Shown: positions 35,986-53,222 of the stretch, piece by piece
Layout of the letters: each line of letters starts with the position of its first letter
Position numbering within the stretch: the first letter of the stretch is position 1
Source of the DNA: Eledone cirrhosa
Lineage: Eukaryota
DNA: 64,000 bases
Assembly (NCBI GenBank): GCA_964016885.1
Contig: OZ024755.1
Location: forward strand, 14,632,001-14,696,000
Reading direction: 5' to 3'
The notes under the pieces: model-generated
The model's input: only the letters and a program-made list of their open reading frames with translations
Databases searched by the model: none
What the model was told of the DNA's origin: nothing
Program-made: the position numbers and the translations under genes

Positions 35986-36185
35986 NNNNNNNNNNNNNNN
36001 NNNNNNNNNNNNNNNNNNNNNNNNNNNNNNNNNNNNNNNNNNNNNNNNNNNNNNNNNNNNNNNNNNNNNNNNNNNNNNNNNNNNNNNNNNNNNNNNNNNN
36101 NNNNNNNNNNNNNNNNNNNNNNNNNNNNNNNNNNNNNNNNNNNNNNNNNNNNNNNNNNNNNNNNNNNNNNNNNNNNNNNNNNNNN
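35986..36185. other. Assembly gap (200 N)
   Basis: Fixed-length N run between two different TA array types. Confidence 0.99.
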
Positions 36186-36194
36186 TGTATGTAT

Positions 36195-36228
<34 letters not shown>

Positions 36229-36232
36229 GTAT

Positions 36233-36266
<34 letters not shown>

Positions 36267-36270
36267 GTAT

Positions 36271-36304
<34 letters not shown>

Positions 36305-36960
36305 GTATATATATGTATGTATGTATATATATATATATATGTATGTGTGTATATATATATATATATATGTGTGTATATATATATATATGTGTGTATATAT
36401 ATATATATGTGTGTATATATATATATATGTGTGTATATATATATATATGTGTGTATATATATATATATGTATATATGTGTGTGTATATATATATATGTGT
36501 GTGTATATATATATATGTGTGTATATATATATATGTGTGTATATATATATATGTGTGTATATATATATATGTGTGTATATATATATATGTGTGTATATAT
36601 ATATATATGTGTGTATATATATATATATGTGTGTATATATATATATATGTGTGTATATATATATATATGTGTGTATATATATATATGTGTGTGTATATAT
36701 ATATATGTGTGTATAATATATATATATATATGTGTGTATATATATATATGTGTGTATATATATATGTGTGTATATATATATATATGTGTGTATATATATA
36801 TATATGTGTGTATATATATATATATGTGTGTATATATATATATATGTGTGTATATATATATATGTGTGTATATATATATATATGTGTGTGTATATATATA
36901 TATATGTGTGTGTATATATATATATATTTATATGTCTATCTATATATGTGTGTGTGCGCG
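36186..36960. repeat. (TA)n/(GT) array, ~20-bp periodic in its middle part
   Basis: Repeating atatatatgtgtgtatatat. Confidence 0.95.
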
Positions 36961-38899
36961 TGTGAGAATGGGTGTGTAATTACTTTTATATGTTATTTAA
37001 AGGTGGATTAATATTTACACCTGAATACCCAAGATATTATACGTCTGCTAGAATATCACGTAACTTACACAAAAGTTTTATTGCTCTATATATTACAATA
37101 TGCATATTAATTGAAAGAGACAATTTGAAAGACTGACTTGAAGTAAATATTAATGAGAATAAACAGCTTAATATTAGTGAGCGCTACACTCTGTTCCTTA
37201 ATACAGATTTAAATACTAATAATTGGAAATAAATCTAAAGTCAATCGGATTTTAATAGCCTGCAATTATCTCTGATTTAATTATTGGTCTTTTATGAAGC
37301 TGTGTTTACTGCTTCACAGATATAATACTTATTTTTCGATGTATCAATAAAGAGTATCGATTTCCTGCATATGAACGTTGGCTAGCGTTTCAATAATGGA
37401 GGCGAAATGGACCAATGTGGCATTGATATCTTTCTGGAGAGTGTTAATAATGTAAGTGAATTGAAATGGCTACATACAACAGGCACTCTGTTTAGTGAGA
37501 TCTAAGAAGCTTATAGTTTAATACTTTTACTGGTTTCAGCCATTGGACTGTGACCAGCGCCAGCACTAAGGCTGACTAGGACACAGACTTCTGAAGGATG
37601 CATTACTTAAACTTAAAGGAGCACAGTTTCATACAAATGTGTATAATTAAATTTAATATGTAATTTTCTGCGATCAATAAATAAATCGCTAAGAATCTTT
37701 GTCATATAATAGCAGCCTTGTGGATTTATTGAAATGTCGGCGAGGGTAGTATGGAATTCTGATTTCTTATATGATTTGGCGTAGGTGAGTGTGAAATGGA
37801 AAATGCCGGGATAGACATTTTCCTAGTGTAGTTACAGTAAAATGTATCACAAGCGGGGTTCATGATATTATCTAACTGTCATTTGAAAATATTTTGAGAG
37901 AATGTAGCCGCACATTGTAGAGCAAGACTAAGGTGCTAAATCCCAAGGCACCGTCTCTGACTGAGACAAGGCTGGAGTACTCCATACAGGGAAAAATCGT
38001 TTATAGCATCTGTCCTAGTATATATCTAATCGATTTGTACATGTTAAATCCACTGCAAAATAATTTAAGTTAAAGTGGAATTGTGTCGGAGTTTTTAACT
38101 TTGGTGTTTTCAGACACAGGACTGTGATTTTGCTAGGGGTATATTCAGAAATAATCTATTGCAACAAACTATCTTATCAATACAGAAATATATCTTATAT
38201 ATAGGATATATTTTATTGACTGGTATATACAATGTATTAACGTTAGATAAGTGAAGCGCGAAGTGAATCAGGGTTGAATTTTACATCAGACGTTGTGAGT
38301 TCAAATCCTACCTACACACAGCTTTGTTTTTAATCGTTCTGACGTAAAAGTGGCAGAAACGTGTCCTAGCATAACCACAGATCATGATCTGTGGTTGTTT
38401 GTTTTCATTAATTCGTCTCTCTATAAAACTTTTACTTTATTTTCTAATCATTCAACTCCCGATGGTCTCGAGAACCTGAGATTTTTCGTTATGAATCTTC
38501 AAACGTTTGAAAATAATGTTAGTACAATTCACGGACAACATCCGAGAGGATTCGCAACGCGAATCAGTAAAATATACGACCCTGTCCGTATTATATAGAC
38601 ATGCTCACAACCTAACATCGTGCGGAACTTCTTAATTATGTATTGTATCTATCTATCTACCCCTTTCTCTCAACGCTCTCACTAACTTTTACAATTTTAG
38701 AAGTAGGAGGGATAAGCAACCAAATGAAAGAAAGAGACAATAGTTACATCAGTGGAGTAAGATGGTTGCGGTAAATAAGTGCAAATAAAAAAGAGAGGAG
38801 ACTACAACTCTCTCTGACCAGATGCCGCTAAAGAGAATCGAACGCCATATCTCTCATATTCCATCAAAGTGGTCTATCCATCGCTCAAAGCGACTGTTG

Positions 38900-39419
38900 A
38901 CAACCTGAATTGGTGAGGAGGGTGACTTTGGACATCCTGCAGGACTAAAAACAAAACCTGTCAAAGGGCAAAGGAGCTCTTAAGAGTCAATGGCCATCCA
39001 AAATCACCGGGAGAGATGACCCCTTAGCCTTTGTCAAGGCAGAATTCTAGGAGAAGGAAAACTCTGATATAACACCTGCAACCCTGATGGTATCCAATGA
39101 TGTTGACTTGTTCTTCTTTTTGGTAAATATCATCTTGGTTAAGAGAGTGGGACTGGCTTCGTGCAATGCCTTTGCTCACTATAAAAGCTTCACGGCACAG
39201 GCATTGCTTTATATCTGGATATCTCTCTGCACTTGTCGTCACATGGTACCATGGGCCCAGCACTATGTGTCAATAATTGTCACAAGTGTAGTGTTTGTAC
39301 CAGAGTTTTCATGTCGCAGGCTGGACTAAAAAGTCACACTCGTTCAGCGCATCGGTAGGGGTTCTCCTACATGGATATAAAGTAGTGGCCGTACTCGAAA
39401 ACGAGTTGGCAGCCACCAT
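38900..39419 (+). mobile_element. Bipartite RTE-derived non-autonomous element, longest copy
   Basis: RTE 5'UTR-like ctaggagaaggaaaactctga. 39281-39358 encodes HKCSVCTRVFMSQAGLKSHTRSAHR* (C-x2-C-x12-H-x4-H). The 3' hairpin ctcgaaaacgag is followed by a TA tail. The 5' boundary is approximate. Confidence 0.85.
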
Positions 39420-39468
39420 ATATATATATATGTTTGTATATATATATGTATATATATATATATATATA

Positions 39469-39624
39469 TATAAAGAAAAAGAGATGAAATCGAAAATGCA
39501 ACTGGAGTCTTATTTAAAAAAAAATATATATATATTTATTATATAAAGGAACCAAATAAATATATATATTTAAAAAAAAAATAAGTCTCCAGTTGCATTT
39601 TCGATTTCATCTCTGTTTCTTTAT
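39469..39624. repeat. ~70-bp inverted duplication of a PLE-like terminal sequence
   Basis: aaagaaaaagagatgaaatcgaaaatgcaactggag vs ctccagttgcattttcgatttcatctctgtttcttt; related copies at ~29757-29792 and 48555-48656. Confidence 0.8.
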
Positions 39625-39861
39625 ACTTTCACTCGTGTAGGACACCTCGGTTATTTTTCAATTTGTAAAAAAAACCTCACTTTCTAATATATATATATAT
39701 TTATTAAAATAACAGATTAAAGTTTAAGCAAAGAATCGGTGCTTTCGCCCTTAACGGGATCTTCTGAAACTAACAAAGTCAATCTGTAAACGCAGAACTG
39801 GATATTTCAAAAAACGTTGCAACCGGAGGAAGACAGGAAGACGATACTTTGGTTCGTGGTA

Positions 39862-40130
39862 ACGTTCGCTGGCAAAGGACGGGAAAAAACGAATAATACG
39901 TCATTAATAGGAGCGGTGAAAAACAATTACGCGCAAAGACAGAACCACGTTTATGGTATAAAAGAGGTCGTAGACTAATGTTCTCTTAGGTGGTGCATAG
40001 AGACGTTCTCTGGCAATGAACGAAAAAACGAAGATAATAAGTCATATGTGGTGCGTGGAGAACAATAGCACGCAAAGACAAAACCACGTAAATGGTATAG
40101 CAGAAGTTGTAGACTAAAATTCTAACTAGG
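39862..40130. repeat. Two diverged ~142-bp tandem units
   Basis: acgttc.ctggcaa...cgcaaagaca.aaccacgt..atggtata...gtagactaa..ttct...tagg occurs twice. Confidence 0.8.
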
Positions 40131-40777
40131 AGACCAAATGAATATAGCGGCGGTCAGTCAATGACAACCTTGAGGACCGAGTAAGTTAGATTACCGATGT
40201 AAAAGACACAGAAGCGAGAAGCGAAAACCAACCAATCAGTGAGTGTGTTGTGTTATTAATTCTGGCAATATTACACACATATGACCCTCCCCAAGTATAA
40301 CAATATATATATATATTTATATATATATGTTTGTATATATATATATATAGTAGAATAATCGAGAATCGGAATATCAGCCCACGAAATCACGATAAACAAT
40401 ATCCGACATGTGTGGCAGAGGGCTCAATAATTTGGATAAATCAGAGCTATAACTATCGTTAAAATACCAACACATAGAGATCATGCCTAAAATCACCCGT
40501 GCAGCCCAAAAAGAACGACCAGGAAGATTCGGGTCACTGAAATAAAATATCAATAAATTAATAAATTAAATGAATGTAAAAAACTCACCCGGACCCGCTA
40601 GAAAGATGTTAAATCTAGCTTCTTGGGTTTCTGCAATTCCTTAATCCGATCACTATCAGCCCATATAAATAATATATAAGACTTCTAGAGAAGGGATGAA
40701 CGCGGAAAAGCTTTTTCAACGAGTTTTCGTCCAATAATACAGAGGGGACCTATAGCCAAAAACGCACATTGTATTCA

Positions 40778-43085
<2,308 letters not shown>

Positions 43086-43460
43086 GTATGCGCGTATCTA
43101 TACATTTACATTTACATGTGTGTACATATGTGTGTGTACATATGTGTGTGTACATATGTGTATATCTAAGTATTTGTCAGTGTGCATATATATACACACA
43201 CACATACACATCGTGTGTCTTCTTGTTTTACTATAGAGGGTAATATTGATCTGTAGTTAATTCAATTGCGTTATCGTTATGGTGACCGTGACACAGAATC
43301 AACGTACCATGATCTTCATCATAATCCTGTCAGATTTAATGATATAACAACAGGTTTTCCTAAACATTCTAAATAACTGAACACCCAGCACGTTTTATAG
43401 ATCATCTATAACCTTGTAGAATCAATACAACCATGAAACACAAATATATTAGTAAAAGAT

Positions 43461-43980
43461 GACACCTCTAGGTCAGTGCATTATGGCTCTTTCTTTTTTG
43501 CTGACATCAGCATCGTTCGACTGTAGTTGCAGACGATCACATGATACACAGGTCTACGAGCTAAAGAAAGGACCTTTATGTCAGTGTTTCACAGCTATAT
43601 TTGCTGACATCACCAACGTTCGACTGTAGTTGCAGACGATCACATAAAAAGAAAGATCTACGAGCCATAGAAGACACCTCTAGGTTTGTGTTTCGAGACT
43701 CTTTTTGCTGAGAGTACCATTGTTCAACTGTAGTTGCAGATGATCACATAAAGACACATCCTGTTCAGTGTTTAACGCTTGTTTTTTAAACACAATCATT
43801 ATTTAACTGTGGTTGCAGACGACCACATCCATCTCACACTAATCGTAGCTTTCATATTCCCTTTTGATCTCGTAGTCGTGTTTTTCCGGATATTTTTGGT
43901 TGTTATTGTCATTGTCAGTGATCGACTGTAGCAGCTGAGGACCATAATCATTCGACACATATTGTAGCTTTCATATTCAG
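43461..43980. repeat. Diverged tandem repeat, ~5 units of 80-120 bp
   Basis: Core gttcgactgtagttgcagacgatcacat near 43515, 43618, 43722, 43802 and 43920. Confidence 0.85.
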
Positions 43981-44232
43981 TTTTGGTAATATTTTCTCAC
44001 TTTTTCTTGCTGTCATCTTCAGCTTTCAATGGTAGTAGTTGATCGCCGCGTTTCTTAACTGATTATGAAGGAAACAATGAATGTAGGATTGTTAGGGTCG
44101 TCTGTGAAAGAAGTTCAACCAATAAAAGTGTCAGCTGAAACAACGCAACCATGTAAACTTAATTGAATATGAATTCTACAATTCATAACGAGATATTCTC
44201 GTGTTTATTATACCACGGTTGGCTGAACACAT

Positions 44233-44317
44233 CGTGGGATGAAAAGTTCATAGGCTGACCAAATGAGGTTTATTTTTCATCATAGTCCCAAGAAAGAAAC
44301 AATACAGTTATTAATAA
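44233..44317 (+). mobile_element. Mariner-like terminal fragment
   Basis: gaaaagttcataggctgaccaaatgaggtttatttttcatcatagtccc..aaagaaacaatacagttattaataa matches 31193-31302. Confidence 0.55.
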
Positions 44318-44616
44318 AAAACGTTAAAATTGATGTATGCAAGATTTTGCATCTCTAGCATCATTCCTTTATAGTCAGACAATGAACTTTGCAGTCGACC
44401 TTCGAGCATAAAGATATTGTATATGCTTTCATGTACACCTCTATGATGAACAAGGCTATGGTAGCGCTAAGTTCAATTACTTCTAACCAGTCAAGTTGGC
44501 ACTATATAAAAGTCAACATTACCAGCCGATGTTTTATTTGTATCATATAAACATGAACATCTCCAGCCGATGCTACTTACTCAAAAATTGTTGTCGTAGT
44601 AACGAATAGGTAAATA

Positions 44617-44655
44617 TCTCTGATGACGGATAGAAATCCAGAAACAGCTCTCTGG
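44617..44655 (+). ncRNA. Hammerhead motif, slightly degenerate
   Basis: CTGATGA-C-GGAT-AGAA-ATCC-A-GAAA-CAGCTC-TC; stem III is one change from the palindrome ACAGCTGT. A PLE-type terminus follows at ~44994-45028. Confidence 0.6.
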
Positions 44656-45479
44656 CATCCTCACAATGTGTAATGTATGTGAAACATAACGTTAGTAGCT
44701 AAATACAATCAATCGTCTATCACTTTGTTTAAATGAAACTATATCATCACACATTTTCATACTGTGTGAGGGTCATGTAACTAACCATGCCCACTACGCC
44801 AAAAAAACACTCATGCATCAGCTGATTTGACTTCGTTTTTCATTATTAGTCATCACTTGGTTTAACAACGGTTATATAATTGTCAGGACCCTTTCCTTAC
44901 ACATACTGTAACCTTTTTATAACATATTTGGGAGCCCCTTGTGTCTCTTCCTAGATTCGAATTTGCTTCAGTTACTTCATATTACGACTCTTGTATTGGC
45001 AACAAGACCCGCGTAAATTATGACAATATCTTTTACACCACATGATTTCACACCAGGAAACTTGTAATGCAAATACAAAAACCATATATCTTCAGAGTTA
45101 CATCGATAGTGACAGAACGTGAAAACCAAAATAATAACCGATGAGAAGTTGTTTAAATAGTATTTATAATTTTATAATTTTAACTATGGTTTCCGTAATT
45201 CTATTTCAGTAATATCATTTTCTAAATTTATTTAAATATTAATCATATATTTTGTAATGCAGGAATCGGAAAACACGTTAGAGCATTAGATACAAACAAC
45301 AACAACAGTAAAAATAGCTGCAACCACGAGCATAACAAAAACAACAGCAGCTGCTGCAGTTGCGGTAGTAAAACAAGTCAACGTTATGCATTGAATAACC
45401 TCCAGTAATATCTCGGCAACGCCTGAGTAATTTTGCTCGCAGATACTTACACAAAAAACAAAAAAATACATATACATAA

Positions 45480-47497
<2,018 letters not shown>

Positions 47498-47620
47498 GTT
47501 GAAACGGCTTGAGCTCAGCCGTCGGGGTCCTACTCGTTCCTATTACCCACTCTACTACCCTAAGTATTGAGTACTTTGGTGCGTTATGGTCCACCTAGGT
47601 CCTTACCACATTTCCTTCGT
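47498..47620 (+). mobile_element. Second, 5'-truncated copy of the TA-embedded element at 29131
   Basis: ctattacccactctactaccctaagtattgagtactttggtgcgttatggtccacc...ccttaccacatttccttcgt. Confidence 0.8.
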
Positions 47621-47681
47621 TATATATATATATATATATATACGTAAAAGTATATATATATATGTATATATATATGTATAC

Positions 47682-47888
47682 ATAATATAATATCAAAAGA
47701 TGGTTAAAAGAGTTCCAAGCATTTTATTATGCGCATTTCAAAAACAAATATCATCATGGATTAATATCTGCGTTCTCATCAGATAAAATAGGGAACGCAG
47801 ATATCATCCTATATTGATATTTTTTTTTTCGAAATGCGCATAATAAAATGCTTGGAACTCTTTTACCCATCTTTTGATCCTATATTAT
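47682..47888. repeat. ~95-bp inverted duplication around the hammerhead (PLE-type inverted pLTR)
   Basis: atcaaaagatggttaaaagagttccaagcattttattatgcgcatttc vs gaaatgcgcataataaaatgcttggaactcttttacccatcttttgat. Confidence 0.88.
47720..47790 (-). ncRNA. Type-I hammerhead with palindromic stem III
   Basis: TATTTTAT-CTGATGA-GAACGCAGATATTA...TGATATTTGTTTTT-GAAA-TGCGCA-TA-ATAAAATG: 8-bp stem I, extended stem II, ATGCGCAT palindrome, AUA triplet. Confidence 0.75.
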
Positions 47889-48029
47889 TTATACTCCAGT
47901 CCTACAAACTGTAGAGTGCTACTTATCCGATATTTGCATTACTTTATTGTGCTACAATAAAACTTACCTCCTACATATATGTATACATATATATATGTAT
48001 AAATATATATATGTATAAATATATATATG

Positions 48030-48075
<46 letters not shown>

Positions 48076-48190
48076 ATAAGTATATATACACATATAAGTA
48101 TATATGAATGGACCTGTTATTTTTATCTAAATACATTTTTTCCAATTTTATCACGCCCGTCCCCTCAATCTATTTTATTTCTCATTCTTT

Positions 48191-48226
48191 CGTCTGATGA
48201 AGGACTAGCGTCCGAAACGTTCAGAC
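48191..48226 (+). ncRNA. Minimal hammerhead motif
   Basis: CTGATGA-A-GGAC-TAGC-GTCC-GAAA-CGTTC; core and stem II are perfect, stem I pairing is unclear. Confidence 0.6.
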
Positions 48227-48523
48227 CCTTTTTCTACTATATCAAGCGTTAACCTAATATATACCTTCCATATACTGTACCGGTTGTGTGGTTATTTCTG
48301 TTTACCTTGTACATACATATATATATATACATATGTATATATATAAAGATAATATAAAAACACGAAAACACTGTGGTAGAGAACACAAAATATCGATTAT
48401 AAGAAATTAGATAAGTCTCAACGTTTCAGAAGCTAGACCTTCATTTGAAGATAGTATGGGAGAAACGGTGACATACGTGAAAAAATAGTTCTATGTTAGT
48501 CATTTTGTCTTAACTTTATTTCA

Positions 48524-48561
<38 letters not shown>

Positions 48562-49452
48562 AAAAAAGATGAAATCGAAAATGCAACGAGTCATTTTCGA
48601 AAATATTTATTTGGTTCCTTTACCGGTTTGGCAGTTCTTGTGCTTTTCAAAAGTAGAATTGAGATGGAGGGTTTGTGATATATATATATAATTTAGTTCT
48701 GGTCATGTCAGTGGCCTGTCAGTTTTGGGAGTATCAGACTATTATTGAGATACGGTCAAAGACTCTCTGACCCTGTTAGTATACAGCAGTAAACTGAAAT
48801 TCAAAACCCATTGACTCGCCCTTAAACTATTAATCTAAACTATAGTATTGAGTGTTCATTCTAGCGGCTGTCTATAATGAACTAATATATATGTGCTTCT
48901 GTTTTAAGAGTGTTTATGTCTGCATGTGTATTTGAACGAGTTCATTGTCTCCTGAAAGATACAATTATAATGTACCCAGCTCAATATTATGAAGTCTTAT
49001 TTAATCATGATATAAAATCGTGTGTTGCATCGACACTTGTGCATATGTCATAAATAATAAAGCAATTAATATATCGTCCATGACATGTTAAACAGAACTA
49101 CATCATAACAGAACTACACAACTGGCTTGATGATATAATGAGGGTGTGTTGGAATAAATGTATACGGTTTCCATGAACTTAATTTATCTGTGCAATACAT
49201 TACACATTTAAGTCGCAAGAATGGAATAACCGATATATAAGCAAATTGGTGTTATTAACGAATAGCAATTATATTTTAGTAACCATTGGTATTTGAATTT
49301 TAAATATATAGACCAAAACGTAAAAGGAATAACATGCTAGACCCCAAGTTTGTCGAGCTCCTAATGTTGGGCCCTGGAAACTAAGTGCTGACCTCGGATA
49401 TCGATCAGATCAACTACTATAATCTGAAACCAACTCATACGCAATAATAATA

Positions 49453-49573
49453 ATAATTGTTTCTAATTTTGGCGCAAGGCCAGCAATTACTCAGTGTATA
49501 ACTGATACTTTACTTTATCGACCCCGTAAGGATGAATGGCTAAGTTAACCTCGGCGGGATTTGAACTCAGAAC
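49453..49573 (-). mobile_element. tRNA-derived SINE, 3' part
   Basis: ttgtttct...caaggccagcaatta...tttatcgaccccgtaaggatgaa...cctcggcgggatttgaactcag. Confidence 0.85.
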
Positions 49574-50662
49574 ATAATAATAATAATAATTAACATGCTG
49601 GACATCAGATAAAATCAAGGAAACTAGGTTTCTATTTGGACACATTTCCAGTGACAGACGTTAGCATTAGAACTCAGAACGCTCACAGCCAAAACAGACA
49701 CCGCAAAGCAATCCAACACAACGGTCCTAGACTGGCATACTGTTTAGCTCCCTTGAAAGGATGAAAGTCAAAGTTTACCTTAAATGGGCTATAACAGTAA
49801 TTCGAGGGTTCAGCTGTGTAAAACCATGTGTTCTCCTGAATCACTCTGACAATTACATATATCTAAGAAATACTCCATCATGTACACTAAAAAACACAAC
49901 CTGCCTCATGTTGAATCTCTCTGAGAATTACGTTAAATTTCTATGAGAATTAGGTTAAGGAGACGCATACCTAAGGAATGCTCAATCACTCACACTATAA
50001 AGCAAAACCTGTGTCACGTTGAATCTCTCTGATAATTATGTTAAGAGTACATATGTATGTGAAAAAGCTCAGCTAGTCACCTGTAAAATTTCGCGTGTTA
50101 GTTTTTCCGTTCCTCGAATAACTGAAACATTCACCGTCGATAAAGGAAGCATTTCACTGTATTTATTGTCTTCATATTTTTCAGGTTGTTAGCTATTAGC
50201 ATATGACTTATTCTGATATTTTTGTCAATTTTCTAAAGTTTTGCTTGCAATGACTTCTCATTGTAAATGTCATTACCAGAAGCATGTGGTTTGTTTATGG
50301 ATGTGTAAAATAATGCAATGAAATGGCATACAATTAAAGTAATATATTTCATTAAAAGTCATTCGTCATATAGCTGTGAATCATTTGCCGATCTACTTAT
50401 AGACTACCAACTTTAAATTTCATGCATGTTCATACCCTACAGGAATATGCTTTCTTAAAGAATTTCATAATCCTTCCCTTTCTCTATATTTTGCCAACAG
50501 CTTTTCCTGTTCCAGGTTTAGTTAGCATGATTACATAGAATCTCTCATACTTGAGCAATTAATAAATAATCTTCTGTGAGAACTAGTTTTAACACTTTTC
50601 TTCTCAAGATAATCACTTGAGCAGTAATATTTTGTTCTTTGACGTTACTTGTACTATATAAA

Positions 50663-50705
50663 CAGGTGTGACGAATAACGTCCTGAACATTATTTGTCAC
50701 ACCTG
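50663..50705. repeat. 16-bp inverted repeat, possible miniature Tc1/mariner remnant
   Basis: CAGGTGTGACGAATAA ... TTATTTGTCACACCTG (1 mismatch). Confidence 0.55.
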
Positions 50706-51276
50706 AACATATATATCATGAAGAACGTGTGTAATTTCGGATCAAATATTCTGAATGATTATTTAAACAGCAGCAACATGAGATCTTTGTTATATCTTAA
50801 TATGAAGTAGGGACATCGTCTCTGAACATTGCATGCCCTTCGCCGTTGCTCAGCTTATTAATGTTCATTGTTCACATTGAATACTATAGAGTTGCTCGCC
50901 GTCAAAGACCAACACATCAAACCCGTGACCCGTATAATATTCTATTCTATCGATACCAGTATGATGAAAGACATTGACGACCTCTGCGGTACTTAAAATC
51001 AGAACATAAAGAGCTGGAACAATTAATTTTTGTCTGACGCTCAAGAGATTCTGCCAGTCCAATCATGAATTGCGAATGTAAATACAGTTTCTTTCCTTGA
51101 TCTTTCATATAATATCAAGGTCTTGCTTTTTCTGTTAGATAATTATGTATAAGAAGGTGAATGGAACATAGAAACACTTAAAGTTTTTCCGATAACTAGA
51201 CAGAGCTGAAATGATCTCTTCTTACTCGATCGAATTTGTCTCAGGAAACACTAGCGATTCACAGCTAGCAGGCTTA

Positions 51277-51355
<79 letters not shown>

Positions 51356-51375
51356 ATACATACATACATACATAC

Positions 51376-51785
51376 ATGGTGGCTGCCAACTCGTTTTCGA
51401 GTACGGCCACTACTTTATATCCATGTAGAACCCCTACCGATGCGCTGAACGAGTGTGACTTTTTAGTCCAGCCAGCGACTTGAACACTCGGGTACAAACA
51501 CTACACTTGTGACAATTATTGACACATAGTGCTGGGCTCATGGTACCATGTGACGATAAGTGCAGAGAGATCTCCAGATATAAAGCAATGCCTGTGCCGT
51601 AAAGCTTTTATAGTGAGCAAAGGCACTGCACAAAGCCAGTCCCACTCTCTTAACCAAGATGATATTTACCAAAAAGAAGAACAAGTCAACATCATTGGAT
51701 ACCATCAGGGTTGCAGGTGTTATATCAGAGTTTTCCTTCTCCTAGAATTCTGCCTTGACAAAGGCTAAGGGGTCATCTCTCCCGG
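51376..51785 (-). mobile_element. Bipartite RTE-derived element
   Basis: Reverse complement of ~39007-39419; flanked by (ACAT)n on both sides. Confidence 0.88.
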
Positions 51786-51788
51786 ATG

Positions 51789-51921
51789 ATACATACATAC
51801 ATACATACATACATACATACATACATACATACATACATACATACATACATACATACATACATACATACATACATACATACATACATACATACATACATAC
51901 ATACATACATACATACATACA
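51789..51921. repeat. Perfect (ACAT)n, ~33 units
   Basis: Direct inspection. Confidence 0.95.
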
Positions 51922-53184
51922 GAGAGATAGATAGATAGAGAGAGAGATAGGGGGGGGGGGAGATACTAGATAGATAGTGGGAGAGAAAGAGAGTTACCGG
52001 CTAGTTGTTGTCTGCGACATTTAAGAAATCGACTGAAGGTCATTTCCGCATCAGCAGAGAGAATGTTTCTACTATTGACAGCTGACAAATCTTTGAGTAA
52101 ATCTTGGACATACTGTCTCTCCCACCACCCCTCTCACTCTCTCTCTTGTTTTTCTATGCTATCTCTATCTCATGCCCTCTGCCCCCTCTCTCTCATGCCC
52201 TCTGCCCCCCCCCCCTCTCTCTCTATGTCAATGTATCCTATCTCTGTCTTACATCTGGTGAATCAGTATGTCTTTCTCCCTCTGCTTGTCTTTCTATGTT
52301 CTTCTCTCCTTACCCTCTCACTCTCTCTATCTCTCTCTCTCTTACTGCCCTTCTCTATCTTTGCTTGTCTTTCTATTATCTTTCCCTCTACCTCACCTTC
52401 TCCACATCTCTGTCTCCGCGCTCTCTCCCACTCTTTCTTTCTGTGACTTTCATTCAATCTACCTCTATATCAATCTATCCTACCTCTATCTTCTATTCAG
52501 TCAACCAATATGTCTTTCTATCCATTCATCCTCTCTCTCTCTCTCTCGTTTATATCGTCTATTCGTATGTCCTTCTATTCTCCCTTGTATTTTCTCTCTC
52601 TCCCTCTGTCCTTCCTTCTATCTACCGGCTATTTTCCTATTATTTTTCTGCCTGTCTTTCACAGAGTGACAGTATATTTTTTTATACGCTCCATCGTATT
52701 TTTTTAGTTAGCCATTATGACTCTTTCTATCGCTCTGCCTTTCACTCATTCTAACTGTCTCTGTTTAAGTTTCTATCTTGTACTTTATCTCATGGTATGT
52801 ATGTATGTATGTATGTATGTATGTATGTATGTATGTATGTATGTATTTATCTATGCATGTAAATATACATGTATGCATGTGTGTGCATGTAACTATGTAT
52901 GTGTGTGTAAGTATCTGTTTGTATGTATGTGACTATGTATGTATGCACGTATGTATGTATATATGAATATATATGTATATCTGTCTGTTTTTTGTTTTAA
53001 AATCATGTATGCATATGTATATACATATATGTATGTGTGTACATACATATATGTATTTATATATATGTATATATATGTATGTGTGCGTGTGTATGTGTAC
53101 ATAAATATGTGTGTGTGTGTATGTGTATATATATATATATATGTGTGTGTGTATGTGTACATATATATATATGTATGTATGTAC

Positions 53185-53220
<36 letters not shown>

Positions 53221-53222
<2 letters not shown>

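Noticed and set aside
39281-39358. Host C2H2 zinc-finger gene exon
   Set aside because: It is a single finger inside a dispersed repeat, and it is frameshifted in the copy at 27071-27150.
40618-40665. Minus-strand CTGATAG...GAAACCC hammerhead-like motif
   Set aside because: The core is altered and stems I and III cannot be formed convincingly.
43461-43980. CRISPR-like array
   Set aside because: The spacers are homologous to each other, the context is eukaryotic and there are no cas genes.
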